In this document: positions 45,551-55,308 of the stretch, one piece after another
Numbering within the stretch: the first letter of the stretch is position 1
How the letters are laid out: each line of letters starts with the position of its first letter
Source: an uncultured virus (IMG/VR IMGVR_UViG_3300025945_000001)
Lineage: Duplodnaviria > Heunggongvirae > Uroviricota > Caudoviricetes
IMG/VR virus record: IMGVR_UViG_3300025945_000001
Direction: 5' to 3' (one strand)
Length of the DNA stretch: 64,000 nucleotides
Notes under the pieces: generated by a model
The model's database searches: none
What the model was told of the DNA's origin: nothing
Seen by the model: the letters and a program-made list of their open reading frames with translations, nothing else
Position numbers and translations under genes: made by a program

Positions 45551-46168
45551 GTGACGGCCGAGACCGTGGCGGTGTGCATCCCGTCGATTCCTCCGCGCCG
45601 GCACCTGCTGCGCGAGGCGCTCGAGTCGGTCATCACGCAGGAGCGGCAGCCGGACGAGCTGATCGTCGCCTACGACGTCGATGGCGCCGGCGCCGCGCCG
45701 ACGCGCAACCACGCCTGGCAGCGCGCTAGCGCCGACTGGATCGCGTTTTTGGACGACGACGACCAACTGTACCCGCAGCACATCGGGACGCTGCTGGAGC
45801 ACTCCACGGACGTGGACCTCGTGTATCCCTGGTTCGACCTGCCGCGCGGCGATGACCCGCTGTACGTCAAGCGCGACGGCCAGCTCGTCCGAGCGTACGG
45901 CGTGCCGTTCGGCGACGAGCAGCGCGAGTACGTGCTCAACGAGGGTAACTTCATTCCGGTCACCGTCCTGGTTCGCCGAGCCTGGTTAGAGAAGGTGAAC
46001 GGTTTTCCGCAGCCGCAGTCCGAGCGGTGGGCTCACACCGAGTGTGAGGACTGGGGTTGCTGGCAAGACCTCCTGCGCGCGGGGGCGCGCTTCCGTCACG
46101 TGCCCGAGCGCACCTGGGTGTGGAACTGGCACGGTCGCAACACGAGTGGGAAACCGTGGAAGGTGTAA
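45551..46168 (+). CDS. GT2-family glycosyltransferase
   Basis: VAVCIPSIPPR...A..SV..Q...GAAPTRN...WIAFLDDDD...EDWG.W. Confidence 0.9.
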   Translation: MTAETVAVCIPSIPPRRHLLREALESVITQERQPDELIVAYDVDGAGAAPTRNHAWQRASADWIAFLDDDDQLYPQHIGTLLEHSTDVDLVYPWFDLPRGDDPLYVKRDGQLVRAYGVPFGDEQREYVLNEGNFIPVTVLVRRAWLEKVNGFPQPQSERWAHTECEDWGCWQDLLRAGARFRHVPERTWVWNWHGRNTSGKPWKV

Positions 46169-46848
46169 GTGTCGTCATGCCCACGCGTGGGCGACCCGAC
46201 AACATACGCCGCGTCGTTCAGTCGGCGCGCGAGACAGCCGAGCTGCCACCGGACTTCGTGTTCTACGTCGACGACGACGACGCCACCTCGCTGCACACGG
46301 CGAGTGAACTCGGCGTCACGGTCCACGTGGGGCCTCGGATCGTCCTATCTGAGATGTGGAACACGGCGGTGAAGTTCGCCCTCTACGACGTCGTCATGCA
46401 CTGCGGCGACGACATCGTGTTTCGCAGCGCCGGCTGGGATCGGATCGTGCTCGACGAGTTCGAGCGGTGGCCCGACCGACTCGTCCTAGTCCACGGTCGC
46501 GACGGTTTCCAGGACGCGAACCTCGCCACCCACGGTTTCTACCACCGCGCGTGGATCGACCTGTTCGGCTACCTGGTACCGCCGTACTTCGCGAGTGACT
46601 ACAACGACCTGTGGAACACCGAGGTGGCGGACTCGGCCGGCCGGCGTGTGTATAAACCCGAGATCTACACCGAGCACATGCACCCCGTCGTCGGCAAGGG
46701 ACCGCTCGACGCTACTCACCAGGAACGCCTATCGCGTCACGTCGTTGAGAACTGCGACCAACTGTGGCACGCCACCGAGCCGCAGCGACAACGTGACAAG
46801 GACGCGTTGACTAGCGCCATCGCGACCTACGCGGAGCACCTGACGTGA
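46156..46848 (+). CDS. GT2-family glycosyltransferase
   Basis: SVVMPTRGRP, YVDDDD, WN, HCGDD...GWD, Y.D.W, EHMHP..GK..D. Confidence 0.88.
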   Translation: MEGVSVVMPTRGRPDNIRRVVQSARETAELPPDFVFYVDDDDATSLHTASELGVTVHVGPRIVLSEMWNTAVKFALYDVVMHCGDDIVFRSAGWDRIVLDEFERWPDRLVLVHGRDGFQDANLATHGFYHRAWIDLFGYLVPPYFASDYNDLWNTEVADSAGRRVYKPEIYTEHMHPVVGKGPLDATHQERLSRHVVENCDQLWHATEPQRQRDKDALTSAIATYAEHLT

Positions 46849-47504
46849 CGGTAACCTGGACGATTCTCATCCCGACGATCGGTCGACGCGCCGCCTCGTT
46901 TCACCGCCTCGTCGGTGAGCTGCTACCCCAGGTCGAACCACACCCCGGCGTCTCCGTGCTCGCGCTGTGGAACAACGGCGAGCGTCCCCTCGGCGTCGTG
47001 CGGCAGGCGCTCGTCGAGGCCGCCGACTCCGAGTACATCTCCTTCGTCGACGACGACGATCACGTACCTGGGTACTACGTGGACGAGGTCGTCGCGGCGA
47101 TCGAGCTGGCACCCGAGCCACCCGACCAGGTCGGCTGGCGGATGCAGTGCATCGCGGACGGAAACGCGCTGAAGCCCACCTTTCACAGCGTGCGGTACAC
47201 CGGCTGGTACGACGACGACGCGGGCTACTACCGCGATCACAGTCACCTCAACCCGGTGAAGCGCGAGCTAGCACTGCGGGTGAACTTCCAGCGAGGTGAC
47301 CCACCGGAGGACGTCAGTTGGGCCACGCAGGTACGTGGGCTGATTCACTCCGAGGTGATGATCAACGAGAGCAAGATCATGTACTACTACCACGCGTCGT
47401 CGGGTGACAGCACGTGGCGTCCCGGTAGCGTTACCGCCGAGGGACACGCGCGTGTTGAGGTCGAGCACCCGCGGTTTCGCTATCACCCCTGGAGCTACGT
47501 GTGA
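46845..47504 (+). CDS. GT2-family glycosyltransferase
   Basis: TILIPT..R, G..RQ.L, YISFVDDDD.V...YV, HLNPVKR, ED..W. Confidence 0.88.
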   Translation: MTVTWTILIPTIGRRAASFHRLVGELLPQVEPHPGVSVLALWNNGERPLGVVRQALVEAADSEYISFVDDDDHVPGYYVDEVVAAIELAPEPPDQVGWRMQCIADGNALKPTFHSVRYTGWYDDDAGYYRDHSHLNPVKRELALRVNFQRGDPPEDVSWATQVRGLIHSEVMINESKIMYYYHASSGDSTWRPGSVTAEGHARVEVEHPRFRYHPWSYV

Positions 47505-48502
47505 CGCGAGTACTGATCACCGGTGCGAGTGGCTTCGTCGGCAGTCACTTCCTCGACGCGCTGCTGACCGAGGTACCCGACGTCGAGGTGGTCGCCGTCG
47601 CGTCGTTCAGTCGCAACGGGGTCGTGGACCGGATCGTGAACGTCGTCGAGCGGCACCCCGACGCGCACCTAGTTGTGGTTCGGCACGACCTCAGCGCGCC
47701 GGTCTCGCGACTAACGCTCAACCGCATCGGTCACGTCGACTGGATCCTCGACCTAGCGTCGCGCTCGTCGGTCGACGAGAGCATCGTGGATCCGACCAAC
47801 TTCGTCGGCAACAACGTCGGGGTCACCCTCAACACACTAGAGATCGCGCGCGCGACGAGCCCCAGCACGTACGTGCACCTGTCCACCGACGAGGTTTACG
47901 GCGTTCGGCGACCGTTGACGCCGACGGACTACCTACCGTCGAGTCCGTACGCGGCGTCCAAGGCCGCGCAGGAGGGCCTGTGTCACGCGTACGAGCAGAC
48001 CTACGACGTGCCTATGATGATCGTCACGTCGAGCAACATGTTCGGCGAACGCCAGAGCTCCCTGGCGTTCGTTCCTCGGATCGTCCGCTCGGTCCTCCGA
48101 GGCTCCCCGCTGCTCGTTCACGTCGATCGCACCGGTCCCGGCACGCGACACTACAGTCACGCGCGTGACGTCGCCAACTGGGTGATCTCGTACCTGCTCG
48201 GCAGCGATCACGATCCGTTCAGCGAGCCACCGTGCCGGTTACCGCTCACCGGGCTGCACACCGTCGACAACCTCACACTCGCGCAGCGCGTCGCCTCCAT
48301 CCTCGGCCGGGAGCTCAACTTCAACCTCGTCTCCGGGGAGAGTCAGCGACGAGGTTACGACCCGACGTACGCGGTCATCGAGCCGGTCGACGACTGGCTC
48401 ACGCAGTTCGGCTCGGACGTCGAGCGGGCGTTGACGTTCGACCGACGTCTCAGCCAGACCGTGGAGTGGTTCGCTCGTCATCCCGAGTGGTTGGAGCTGT
48501 AG
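47501..48502 (+). CDS. NAD-dependent nucleotide-sugar dehydratase (RmlB-like SDR)
   Basis: TGASGFVG, LAS.SSVDESI..P..F, STDEVYG, PSSPYAASKAA, N.FGERQ. Confidence 0.88.
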   Translation: MTRVLITGASGFVGSHFLDALLTEVPDVEVVAVASFSRNGVVDRIVNVVERHPDAHLVVVRHDLSAPVSRLTLNRIGHVDWILDLASRSSVDESIVDPTNFVGNNVGVTLNTLEIARATSPSTYVHLSTDEVYGVRRPLTPTDYLPSSPYAASKAAQEGLCHAYEQTYDVPMMIVTSSNMFGERQSSLAFVPRIVRSVLRGSPLLVHVDRTGPGTRHYSHARDVANWVISYLLGSDHDPFSEPPCRLPLTGLHTVDNLTLAQRVASILGRELNFNLVSGESQRRGYDPTYAVIEPVDDWLTQFGSDVERALTFDRRLSQTVEWFARHPEWLEL

Positions 48503-49056
48503 TGTGCGACTGGCGCGAGGTGTACGACTGGGCTGGGCTGCGCGTCTCGGCCATGGTGCGCTCGGAGTACCCACCGGCCACCACCGAGATCCTCGACGTC
48601 GGGGCCGGTCAGGGTAAGTACCGACGACTGCTGCCGGAGTATCCCCACGTAGACGCCTGCGAGGTGTGGGAGCCAACGATCGAGGAGCACCAGCTCGACA
48701 AGCTCTACCGCACCGTGTTCTTCTGCAACGTCCTGAACCTGGTTCGCAGTGACGTCTACAACTGGGCAACCCGCGAGTACGACGTCACCATCTTTGGCGA
48801 CGTGCTCGAACACCTCACACCGGAGCACGCGGACTTCGTGTTGCGGCGTGTGTACCGGGCGTGTCACGATGTGATCGTCGTGGTACCGTACCTGTACGAA
48901 CAGGGTCCCGAACACGGCAACGCCTACCAGCGGCACCTCCAGGATGACCTGACTCCGGAGCTGATGGCGAAGCGCTACCCCGACCTCCGACTCGTCGCGG
49001 TCGAAACACGTGAGGACCGACCGTTCAAGGGTCTGTATCGACGAAGGAGTAAGTAG
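48502..49056 (+). CDS. Class I SAM-dependent methyltransferase
   Basis: ILDVGAGQGKY; YDV.IFGDVLEHL. Confidence 0.85.
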   Translation: MCDWREVYDWAGLRVSAMVRSEYPPATTEILDVGAGQGKYRRLLPEYPHVDACEVWEPTIEEHQLDKLYRTVFFCNVLNLVRSDVYNWATREYDVTIFGDVLEHLTPEHADFVLRRVYRACHDVIVVVPYLYEQGPEHGNAYQRHLQDDLTPELMAKRYPDLRLVAVETREDRPFKGLYRRRSK

Positions 49057-49057
49057 C

Positions 49058-50287
49058 GTGGCGGCTGTTGGGTGGATCGGTCTCGGCAAGCTAGGTGCGC
49101 CGTGCGCTGCGGCGCTCGCGCACCACGGTGGTCACGACGTCTCCGGGTACGACGTCCGCGGTACACACGAGGACGACTACGACTTCGAGTCGCTGCCGCC
49201 GGTCAAGTTGCTGGGGTCCGTCAAGGACGTCGTTGACTCGACCGACGACGTCGTGTACGTCGCCGTCCAGACGCCGCACTCGCACCGCTACGGCGGCGAG
49301 GCCCCGACGCCGACCGAGCCGCGTGACTTCGAGTACGCCTACCTAGTCAACGCCGTGAAGGCCGTGTGTGATGCGTCGGCGAAGCTGCGCAAGCCGATCA
49401 CCCTGGCGATCGTGTCGACGGTGCTGCCGGGCACGTTCAACCGGTACCTACGACCGCTGATGCACGCGCTCGTGCTACCGGTCTACCACCCGTTCTTCAT
49501 CGCGATGGGTACGGTCGTCGACGACTTCGTGAAGCCGGAGATGACGCTGTTCGGAGTCGACGCCGAGGACGCCGACGCCGTGGACGACGTGCGCGCGCTG
49601 TACGCGCCGTTTCACGACGCGCCCGCGCCGGTCATGTCGATCGAGTCGGCCGAGCTCACCAAGGTCGCGTACAACACGTTCATCGGCACCAAGATCGCGT
49701 TCGCGAACCAGCTCGCCGAGCTGTGCGAGCACACCGGCGCCGACGTCGACCAGGTCACCGGCGCGCTCGCGCTCGGCACCGACCGCATCATCTCCCCGCG
49801 TTACCTCCGCGCGGGCATGGGCGACGGGGGCGCGTGTCACCCCCGCGACAACGTCGCGCTGTCGGCCGTGGCCGAGCGCTACGACCTGTCGACCAACTAC
49901 ATGGACTTTCTCGTCCGAGCGCGCGAGCAGCACACCCGCTGGCTCGTGTCGTTGATCGATCACTGGGCTGACCTCACCGACCTACCCATCCTCGTTCTCG
50001 GTAAGTCGTACAAACCCGAGATCGACATGCTCGCCGGTTCACCCGCGCTGCTGCTCGGCTACTACCTCAACGAGACGCGCACGTTCACGCAGCTCGACCC
50101 GCTGGTTTCACCAGTCGACGCCGACGTCATGGAGTACTGTCTCGCCACACCGCACGTGTACTTCGTCGCCACGGCCCACGCCGTGTTCGCGAACCTCAGC
50201 TACCCCGTCGGTAGCGTTGTGATCGACCCGTTCGGGTATGTTGAGGTGCCGAGTGGCGTCACCTTGGTTCGACCGGGAAGGAAGTGA
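49058..50287 (+). CDS. UDP-glucose/GDP-mannose dehydrogenase family
   Basis: IGLGKLG, VAVQTP, STVLPGT, SAEL.KV.YNTFI..KI.FAN, GMGDGGACHPRDN, LGKSYKP. Confidence 0.92.
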   Translation: MAAVGWIGLGKLGAPCAAALAHHGGHDVSGYDVRGTHEDDYDFESLPPVKLLGSVKDVVDSTDDVVYVAVQTPHSHRYGGEAPTPTEPRDFEYAYLVNAVKAVCDASAKLRKPITLAIVSTVLPGTFNRYLRPLMHALVLPVYHPFFIAMGTVVDDFVKPEMTLFGVDAEDADAVDDVRALYAPFHDAPAPVMSIESAELTKVAYNTFIGTKIAFANQLAELCEHTGADVDQVTGALALGTDRIISPRYLRAGMGDGGACHPRDNVALSAVAERYDLSTNYMDFLVRAREQHTRWLVSLIDHWADLTDLPILVLGKSYKPEIDMLAGSPALLLGYYLNETRTFTQLDPLVSPVDADVMEYCLATPHVYFVATAHAVFANLSYPVGSVVIDPFGYVEVPSGVTLVRPGRK

Positions 50288-50541
50288 ACGTAACGATGAC
50301 ACTGCACGTGATTGTACCGATCGCCACGGTTGTGACGTTCATCGCGGTGGCCGGCGCGATCGGCCTCATAGCGTACGTGACGCGCCACCTCACCCGCGAC
50401 GACGAGTACGACGACGTCAGTCTCGACGTCCTCCTCAGCGACGCGGACGCGCGCGATCGCGCGTTAGCTAGCTACGCGCGACGGAAGACGACGCAGGATG
50501 ACGTCAGAGGGCGTCAACCGACGACGACGGTCGATCGCTGA
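50284..50541 (+). CDS. Small single-TM protein
   Basis: Hydrophobic N-terminus; GTGA coupling. Confidence 0.5.
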   Translation: MNVTMTLHVIVPIATVVTFIAVAGAIGLIAYVTRHLTRDDEYDDVSLDVLLSDADARDRALASYARRKTTQDDVRGRQPTTTVDR

Positions 50542-51614
50542 ACCTCGCGTTCGAGCGCGCGAGCCCCGTCCCACGCCTCCCACCAACGCCACGCGTGATC
50601 GCGCAGGCGCAGCGTCTCGGCCACCGCGCGGCCGGCCTCGCTGAGCTCACGGCGGCGCGACTCGTCGTCGATCAACCTCCGCAACACGGTGTACCAGTGC
50701 TTCGGCTTGTCGACGAGCAGACCGCAGCCGAGCTTATGAAGTCGTCGGTACTCGACCCGGTCGGACGCCACCCAGGGCACCCCCACCGCGGCCAGCTCCA
50801 GGGGCTTGAGCCAGGACTTGCACTGGTTGAACTTGGTGTCCGCGAGGGGCGCGATGCCCACGCCGACCTGGCTGATCGCGTGTGGCCAGTCCAGCAGGTC
50901 GACCGCGGCGTCGAGTCGACCGACGCGCTCGTCGTCGGCGATGCCGAACGCGCGTGCCACGCCGGCCGCGGCGCTCGCCACCCAGAACGACACGCCCTCG
51001 TCGACCAGCCGCGCCAGCGCGTTCCCCACGGCGGACGGGTCGTCGGGGTGCGACGCGAGCGACGCCGGCCAACCCACGGTAGTCGAGTCGACGTGCGGCA
51101 GTCCGTAGTAGTGCTCGGCCAGGTAGTTCGGCAGCACCACGCAGCGACCGTGAGCCGCGTAGCGCCGGGCCAGCGCGGGAGTCGTTGCGGTCACCAGGGT
51201 CGCGTCGCGACACGCCTGCGCCAGGTGATGCCACGAGTGCGGGTGCCCACCGGCCGTCTTGACGAACCGCTCGCGGTTCGGGTGTAGGTCGCGCCACGCG
51301 GGGTTACTCGGGTGCACGCTGGACAGGTCGTCGTCGACGTCCACGACGACCGCGACGCCCTTCGCCCGGATAACCGACACCACCTGCGCGAGGTACCGGT
51401 GCGTGACGCGTTGCAGCACCACGACGTCGGCGCCGTCCGGCAGGTCGACGTCGACCACCGTGTCCGTGTTGTCGTCAACCAACATCCGCAGGTGACGGTC
51501 GCGCGGCGTGACCAGTATGATGTCGTGCCCCAGTCGGCGCAGCTCGTCGACCGGCCAGATGAGACGATGGTGACCGCAGCCGTGCTGGTCGGCCGGGTAG
51601 ACGACTACCTTCAC
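50514..51614 (-). CDS. GT-B (GT4-like) glycosyltransferase at the end of the late operon
   Basis: YPAD..GCG.HRL..P, DVVVLQR, VDVDDD, IAPL.DT.FN.CKS.LK.LE....GVP.VAS; GTG start overlaps the upstream stop. Confidence 0.88.
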   Translation of the reverse strand: MKVVVYPADQHGCGHHRLIWPVDELRRLGHDIILVTPRDRHLRMLVDDNTDTVVDVDLPDGADVVVLQRVTHRYLAQVVSVIRAKGVAVVVDVDDDLSSVHPSNPAWRDLHPNRERFVKTAGGHPHSWHHLAQACRDATLVTATTPALARRYAAHGRCVVLPNYLAEHYYGLPHVDSTTVGWPASLASHPDDPSAVGNALARLVDEGVSFWVASAAAGVARAFGIADDERVGRLDAAVDLLDWPHAISQVGVGIAPLADTKFNQCKSWLKPLELAAVGVPWVASDRVEYRRLHKLGCGLLVDKPKHWYTVLRRLIDDESRRRELSEAGRAVAETLRLRDHAWRWWEAWDGARALEREVQRSTVVVG

Positions 51615-51853
51615 TGGGTCGACTTCTTGGCCGTACCGGTCGGAGCGGCCTTGGCCGGGGTCGACTGCGCCGGCGGCTGCGAGGTCGGGGTGGACTGCTT
51701 CGCGGGAGTGGCACCGGAGTTGCTCCGCTGGTCGACGCACCGGGCGCGCAGCTCGGCCATCTCGATACGCAGCCGCTGCACGTCCTCTTGAATGGCGTCC
51801 ACGGTCTTCGTGAGTTGGTTCACGCCGTCGTTGAGCGCGTCAATGATGGACAA
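51611..51853 (-). CDS. Small coiled-coil protein downstream of the endolysin
   Basis: GGAGG RBS with TTG start. Confidence 0.55.
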   Translation of the reverse strand: MSIIDALNDGVNQLTKTVDAIQEDVQRLRIEMAELRARCVDQRSNSGATPAKQSTPTSQPPAQSTPAKAAPTGTAKKSTQ

Positions 51854-51901
51854 CGTTCCTCCATGATACGTGGTGAGCTGCTCCGCGTTGAACGTAGCTG
51901 A

Positions 51902-52855
51902 CTAGCTGAGTCTCCGCACGAGATCCTCACGTACCGCGTCGGCGATCTCGGTGGCGGTCGCGCCGGTCGACAGCAGCGGCGCCAGCGCGGGTGCGAGCGC
52001 GGCGACCAGCTCGGTCACGTTCACCTGGCCACCGGTCGGTTGCGCGCGCACGGCGGCGATGATGTTCGCCTCGTCGTCGCTCAAGCCGTCGGCGAGCGCG
52101 TCGAGCTTGACCTCGAGACGCTGCACGGTGCGAGCCGCGTCACTGGTGTAGAACAACGTGTCGCCGATCGTCTCGGACACGGTGTGCGTCTCGAAGTACT
52201 GCGGCGTACCGACCGGGCGGGACCGACTGCCCGGTGATTCGTAGGTCAACTTGTCGGACCACGATAAGGTCACTGTATCCTCCTGAAGTCCCGCTAGTAC
52301 GCGTGCGCGAGGAATGATAAGATTGATCAGTTCGGCGATGCGTCGGTCACCCGGACACACCTTACCCGGCGTCGTGGTCCACACCTCGCCGCCGGGGACC
52401 AGGCCCCCGAACGCGTAGTCGGTCCAGTTACCCGGGACGCCCTGCCGGTGATACGCGACACCTCGGCGGGTCGTGCGACTGTCGGGTACCAGTTCCAGTG
52501 GAACGCCGTGCACCCGGTGACACCACGCGAGAATCTGCGCGATCGACTCACGCTGCGGCGCCGTGAAGCCGGGTACCGCGTGCCCGTCGCGCGTGTCCCA
52601 CGGCCCATACTCGGGTCCGATGTCCTCGTTCTCGATCGAGATGACTCGGTAGTTGCCCTCGTAGTTCGCGGCCGACTGCACGTCGGTGTCGCGACTCTGG
52701 GTGATCGCCCCGTCGGAGCCGGTCGAGAAGTGCGCGGCCTGCGCCGGATCGTGACCCACGATCGTGTGAACGCAGACGACGTCGTGCCGCGACATGCTCT
52801 TCTTCGAGTTCGTGTCGCTGACGGGTACCCACCGAGCTCCCGGCATACGTGCCAT
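51902..52855 (-). CDS. Endolysin, N-acetylmuramoyl-L-alanine amidase
   Basis: VCVHTIVG...AHF...ISIENED...YHR...KVCPG zinc-amidase motifs; follows the tail genes. Confidence 0.88.
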   Translation of the reverse strand: MARMPGARWVPVSDTNSKKSMSRHDVVCVHTIVGHDPAQAAHFSTGSDGAITQSRDTDVQSAANYEGNYRVISIENEDIGPEYGPWDTRDGHAVPGFTAPQRESIAQILAWCHRVHGVPLELVPDSRTTRRGVAYHRQGVPGNWTDYAFGGLVPGGEVWTTTPGKVCPGDRRIAELINLIIPRARVLAGLQEDTVTLSWSDKLTYESPGSRSRPVGTPQYFETHTVSETIGDTLFYTSDAARTVQRLEVKLDALADGLSDDEANIIAAVRAQPTGGQVNVTELVAALAPALAPLLSTGATATEIADAVREDLVRRLS

Positions 52856-52867
52856 GCGACCAGCTTA

Positions 52868-53470
52868 CTACACGCTGAGAAAAGCCACGGTCATCGTCGA
52901 CTGCACGTCACTCGACACGCCGGTGTTGAGCGCGCCACCACCGGTGTCCTGGAAGAGCCGCAGCTCGACGAAGTCACTCACCGCCAGTGTGACGATGATG
53001 GTACGCGCGGCGACCGGCCACTCGGAGCCGGCCACCGGGGCTGAGTCGATCTGCGAACCCGGGACCGCCGAGCCGTTCTTAAACCAGACCACACCTCGGA
53101 AGCCGGTCGCCGACACGGTGTTAACCGCGCCACCCAGCAGGTACTTACCCGCCTTCTGCGCCGTGTACCGGGTGTTGTTCGTGACGTTGTCGTGACCACC
53201 GGCGGTGTCGAGATCCTCGGCGTTGAACTGGATGGCCGTCTGAGTCGCGTGGGGAATCGACTGCGCGACCGTCTGCCGCAGCACGGCGAGCGGCGGTGCG
53301 GTGACGTTGGTCTCCAACGTCGTGATGCGAGCGCCCTGCGACGCGGCGGTCGCGTCGACGCGAATGAGCTCGTTCTCGACCTCGGTCGCGAGCGCTCCCA
53401 TCTGCGCGGGACCGTTCGGCGGGTCGCTCAGCGACGGGTACGGGATTCCGTAGACGGGTGTCAGTGGCAT
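52868..53470 (-). CDS. Minor tail protein (C1q/TNF-like C-domain)
   Basis: TPVYGIPYP..SDPP N-terminus; QSIP....I.F..ED.D..GGH...TRYT....G.Y. Confidence 0.75.
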   Translation of the reverse strand: MPLTPVYGIPYPSLSDPPNGPAQMGALATEVENELIRVDATAASQGARITTLETNVTAPPLAVLRQTVAQSIPHATQTAIQFNAEDLDTAGGHDNVTNNTRYTAQKAGKYLLGGAVNTVSATGFRGVVWFKNGSAVPGSQIDSAPVAGSEWPVAARTIIVTLAVSDFVELRLFQDTGGGALNTGVSSDVQSTMTVAFLSV

Positions 53471-53482
53471 GTTCTTGGTCCT

Positions 53483-54184
53483 CTACTGGTAAATGCCGAG
53501 GAGGTGGCAGGCGATCTGATCGCCGTTGTTCACCGTCGACTGCGCGGTGATCTCGATCCGCGTGAAGGGTTGGCCCACGACGTTCGAGACGCTGAACGTC
53601 GCTAGGCTCGGCGGACTCGGCCCCACCGTGAGTCCGTTCGCGGTGGTCCACTGGCCGATGGTGACGCCGTTGACCTTGAGCTTGTACGTGACCGCCTGGG
53701 TACCCGAGAGGTTACCCCAGATCCCATCGACGCGAACCTGCCCCGAGCTGGCGCAGAGACGGCCCTCCCAGATCTGCCGGTCGGTGCCGAATAAGACGGA
53801 TGCGTTGAGGCGCATCTGCGTGGCCGCGTTGCCGACGGTGCCGCTGATCCGGGTGGACTCGAACGCGGCGAACATCGGCACCGGAATGACGAAGCCCGAG
53901 AACGCCGGCTGCACCGAGATGCGACCAATGATGAAGTACGTCGAGTGGTAGCGCAGGATCGCGACGAGGTCCCCCGAGTGCAGGACCAGGTTGTCGCTGC
54001 TGATGATGCCGGGAATGTCGACGAACTCGTTGCCCGAGATCGCGATCCGGTTCGTGCCAGTCGCCGCGTTCCACTCGATCACACGACCCTGGTGAAAGCC
54101 GAGCTCGGGTGGTACGTTCAGGCCCGACGCCGCTAGGACGTTGCTGGTCGTGAGCGCCTCAGCTATGGCGCTGCGTGTGTCCAC
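53483..54184 (-). CDS. Minor tail protein
   Basis: FHQG.V..WN..TG.N.I...GD.VA.LR....Y.IIGRI OB-like N-domain; tail-operon position. Confidence 0.7.
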   Translation of the reverse strand: MDTRSAIAEALTTSNVLAASGLNVPPELGFHQGRVIEWNAATGTNRIAISGNEFVDIPGIISSDNLVLHSGDLVAILRYHSTYFIIGRISVQPAFSGFVIPVPMFAAFESTRISGTVGNAATQMRLNASVLFGTDRQIWEGRLCASSGQVRVDGIWGNLSGTQAVTYKLKVNGVTIGQWTTANGLTVGPSPPSLATFSVSNVVGQPFTRIEITAQSTVNNGDQIACHLLGIYQ

Positions 54185-54186
54185 GG

Positions 54187-55308
54187 CTACTCCACATCGA
54201 TGATAACGTCGGTCTGCTCGCGCGTGGAACCTCGCATCGCGTCCTGCACCTCCAGAGGAATCACGAGTTGCTGAATGACGTGATTCTCGTACGTGTTGTT
54301 GAAGCTCACCTTGATCGGGTCGAGTGGTTCCAGCGCGGGGTTGGGCACCATCGTGAAGTCGATGTTGTAAGGTAGGCCGATGCTCTTGAGCAGGATCTTC
54401 TCGGCGGCGGTCTGCGCACCGGAGACGCTGGTGATGAAGGGACTCTGGTAGAACCGAGGCACCTGCCCGAACGGACCGAGGAAGTACGTCGGCGAACTCG
54501 GGTTCATGTCGCGGGCGACGGCGCGTACCGGCTCCGTCTCGTCGGTAGGCGCCTCACCGCGCGCGACCACCGAGTTGTAGACGCCCTCGCGGTCGAGGCG
54601 CCGGTTCAGCGTCACGAGAACGCCGTGCGACCCGGCGTTAACGTCGAACACGGTCTCGGTCGGGTTTGGCGCGGTCCGCACCTGCAGGCGACCTCGGTAG
54701 TCCCAATACATGATCTTCCCACGGGCCTTCATCAGGTCGCGTAGGAAGATGTAGCGACTCTCGTCGGCGACGTGGTTGGTGCTGAGGACGTCGGTCGACG
54801 CGTCGTAGTCGAAGTCGATCGCGGCCAGGGGGTAGATCTCCTGGACCAGCTCGGTGAAGATCGCGAGCACGGACGTGCCGACCGTGAACTGCCGCGGCGC
54901 CTCGAGGCGACCGTCGATGATGCCCGACATGCGGTCGCGACCTTCGAGGACGATCGGCGAACCCGGTCGGTCCGACTGCTCCACCGCGTAGATGCGGTAG
55001 AAGCCCTGCGACACCATCTCCCGCGTACCGGAGCCGTAGACGACCCCGCGCGCGACGTGAAGCTCGTGGCCGTACGGCGTCAACAGCCCACCCGCGTTGC
55101 GGGTGAAGTCCGAGTCCGAGTCCACTGTGACCGACACGGTGCCACGAACGTCGGCGTTGGCGTCGAGTGTCACGTCTCCGCGAATGACCCGCAGGTCGGT
55201 GCCCGTGGGGTTGACGCCGGTCTGGTACGTCGTGAGCACGCGCACCGTTACCGCGATTCGGTGACTGCCTCGAATCGTGCTCAGGAACGAGTCGCTGACG
55301 GGCCTCAC
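54187..55308 (-). CDS. Minor tail (hub) protein, DUF5047-like
   Basis: MRPVSD.FL..I.GSH, G.V..D..A.VR, L.PYG.EL...RG, YN.VV..GE, SPTY..GPFG.VPRFY.SP, PNPALE..D. Confidence 0.85.
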   Translation of the reverse strand: MRPVSDSFLSTIRGSHRIAVTVRVLTTYQTGVNPTGTDLRVIRGDVTLDANADVRGTVSVTVDSDSDFTRNAGGLLTPYGHELHVARGVVYGSGTREMVSQGFYRIYAVEQSDRPGSPIVLEGRDRMSGIIDGRLEAPRQFTVGTSVLAIFTELVQEIYPLAAIDFDYDASTDVLSTNHVADESRYIFLRDLMKARGKIMYWDYRGRLQVRTAPNPTETVFDVNAGSHGVLVTLNRRLDREGVYNSVVARGEAPTDETEPVRAVARDMNPSSPTYFLGPFGQVPRFYQSPFITSVSGAQTAAEKILLKSIGLPYNIDFTMVPNPALEPLDPIKVSFNNTYENHVIQQLVIPLEVQDAMRGSTREQTDVIIDVE

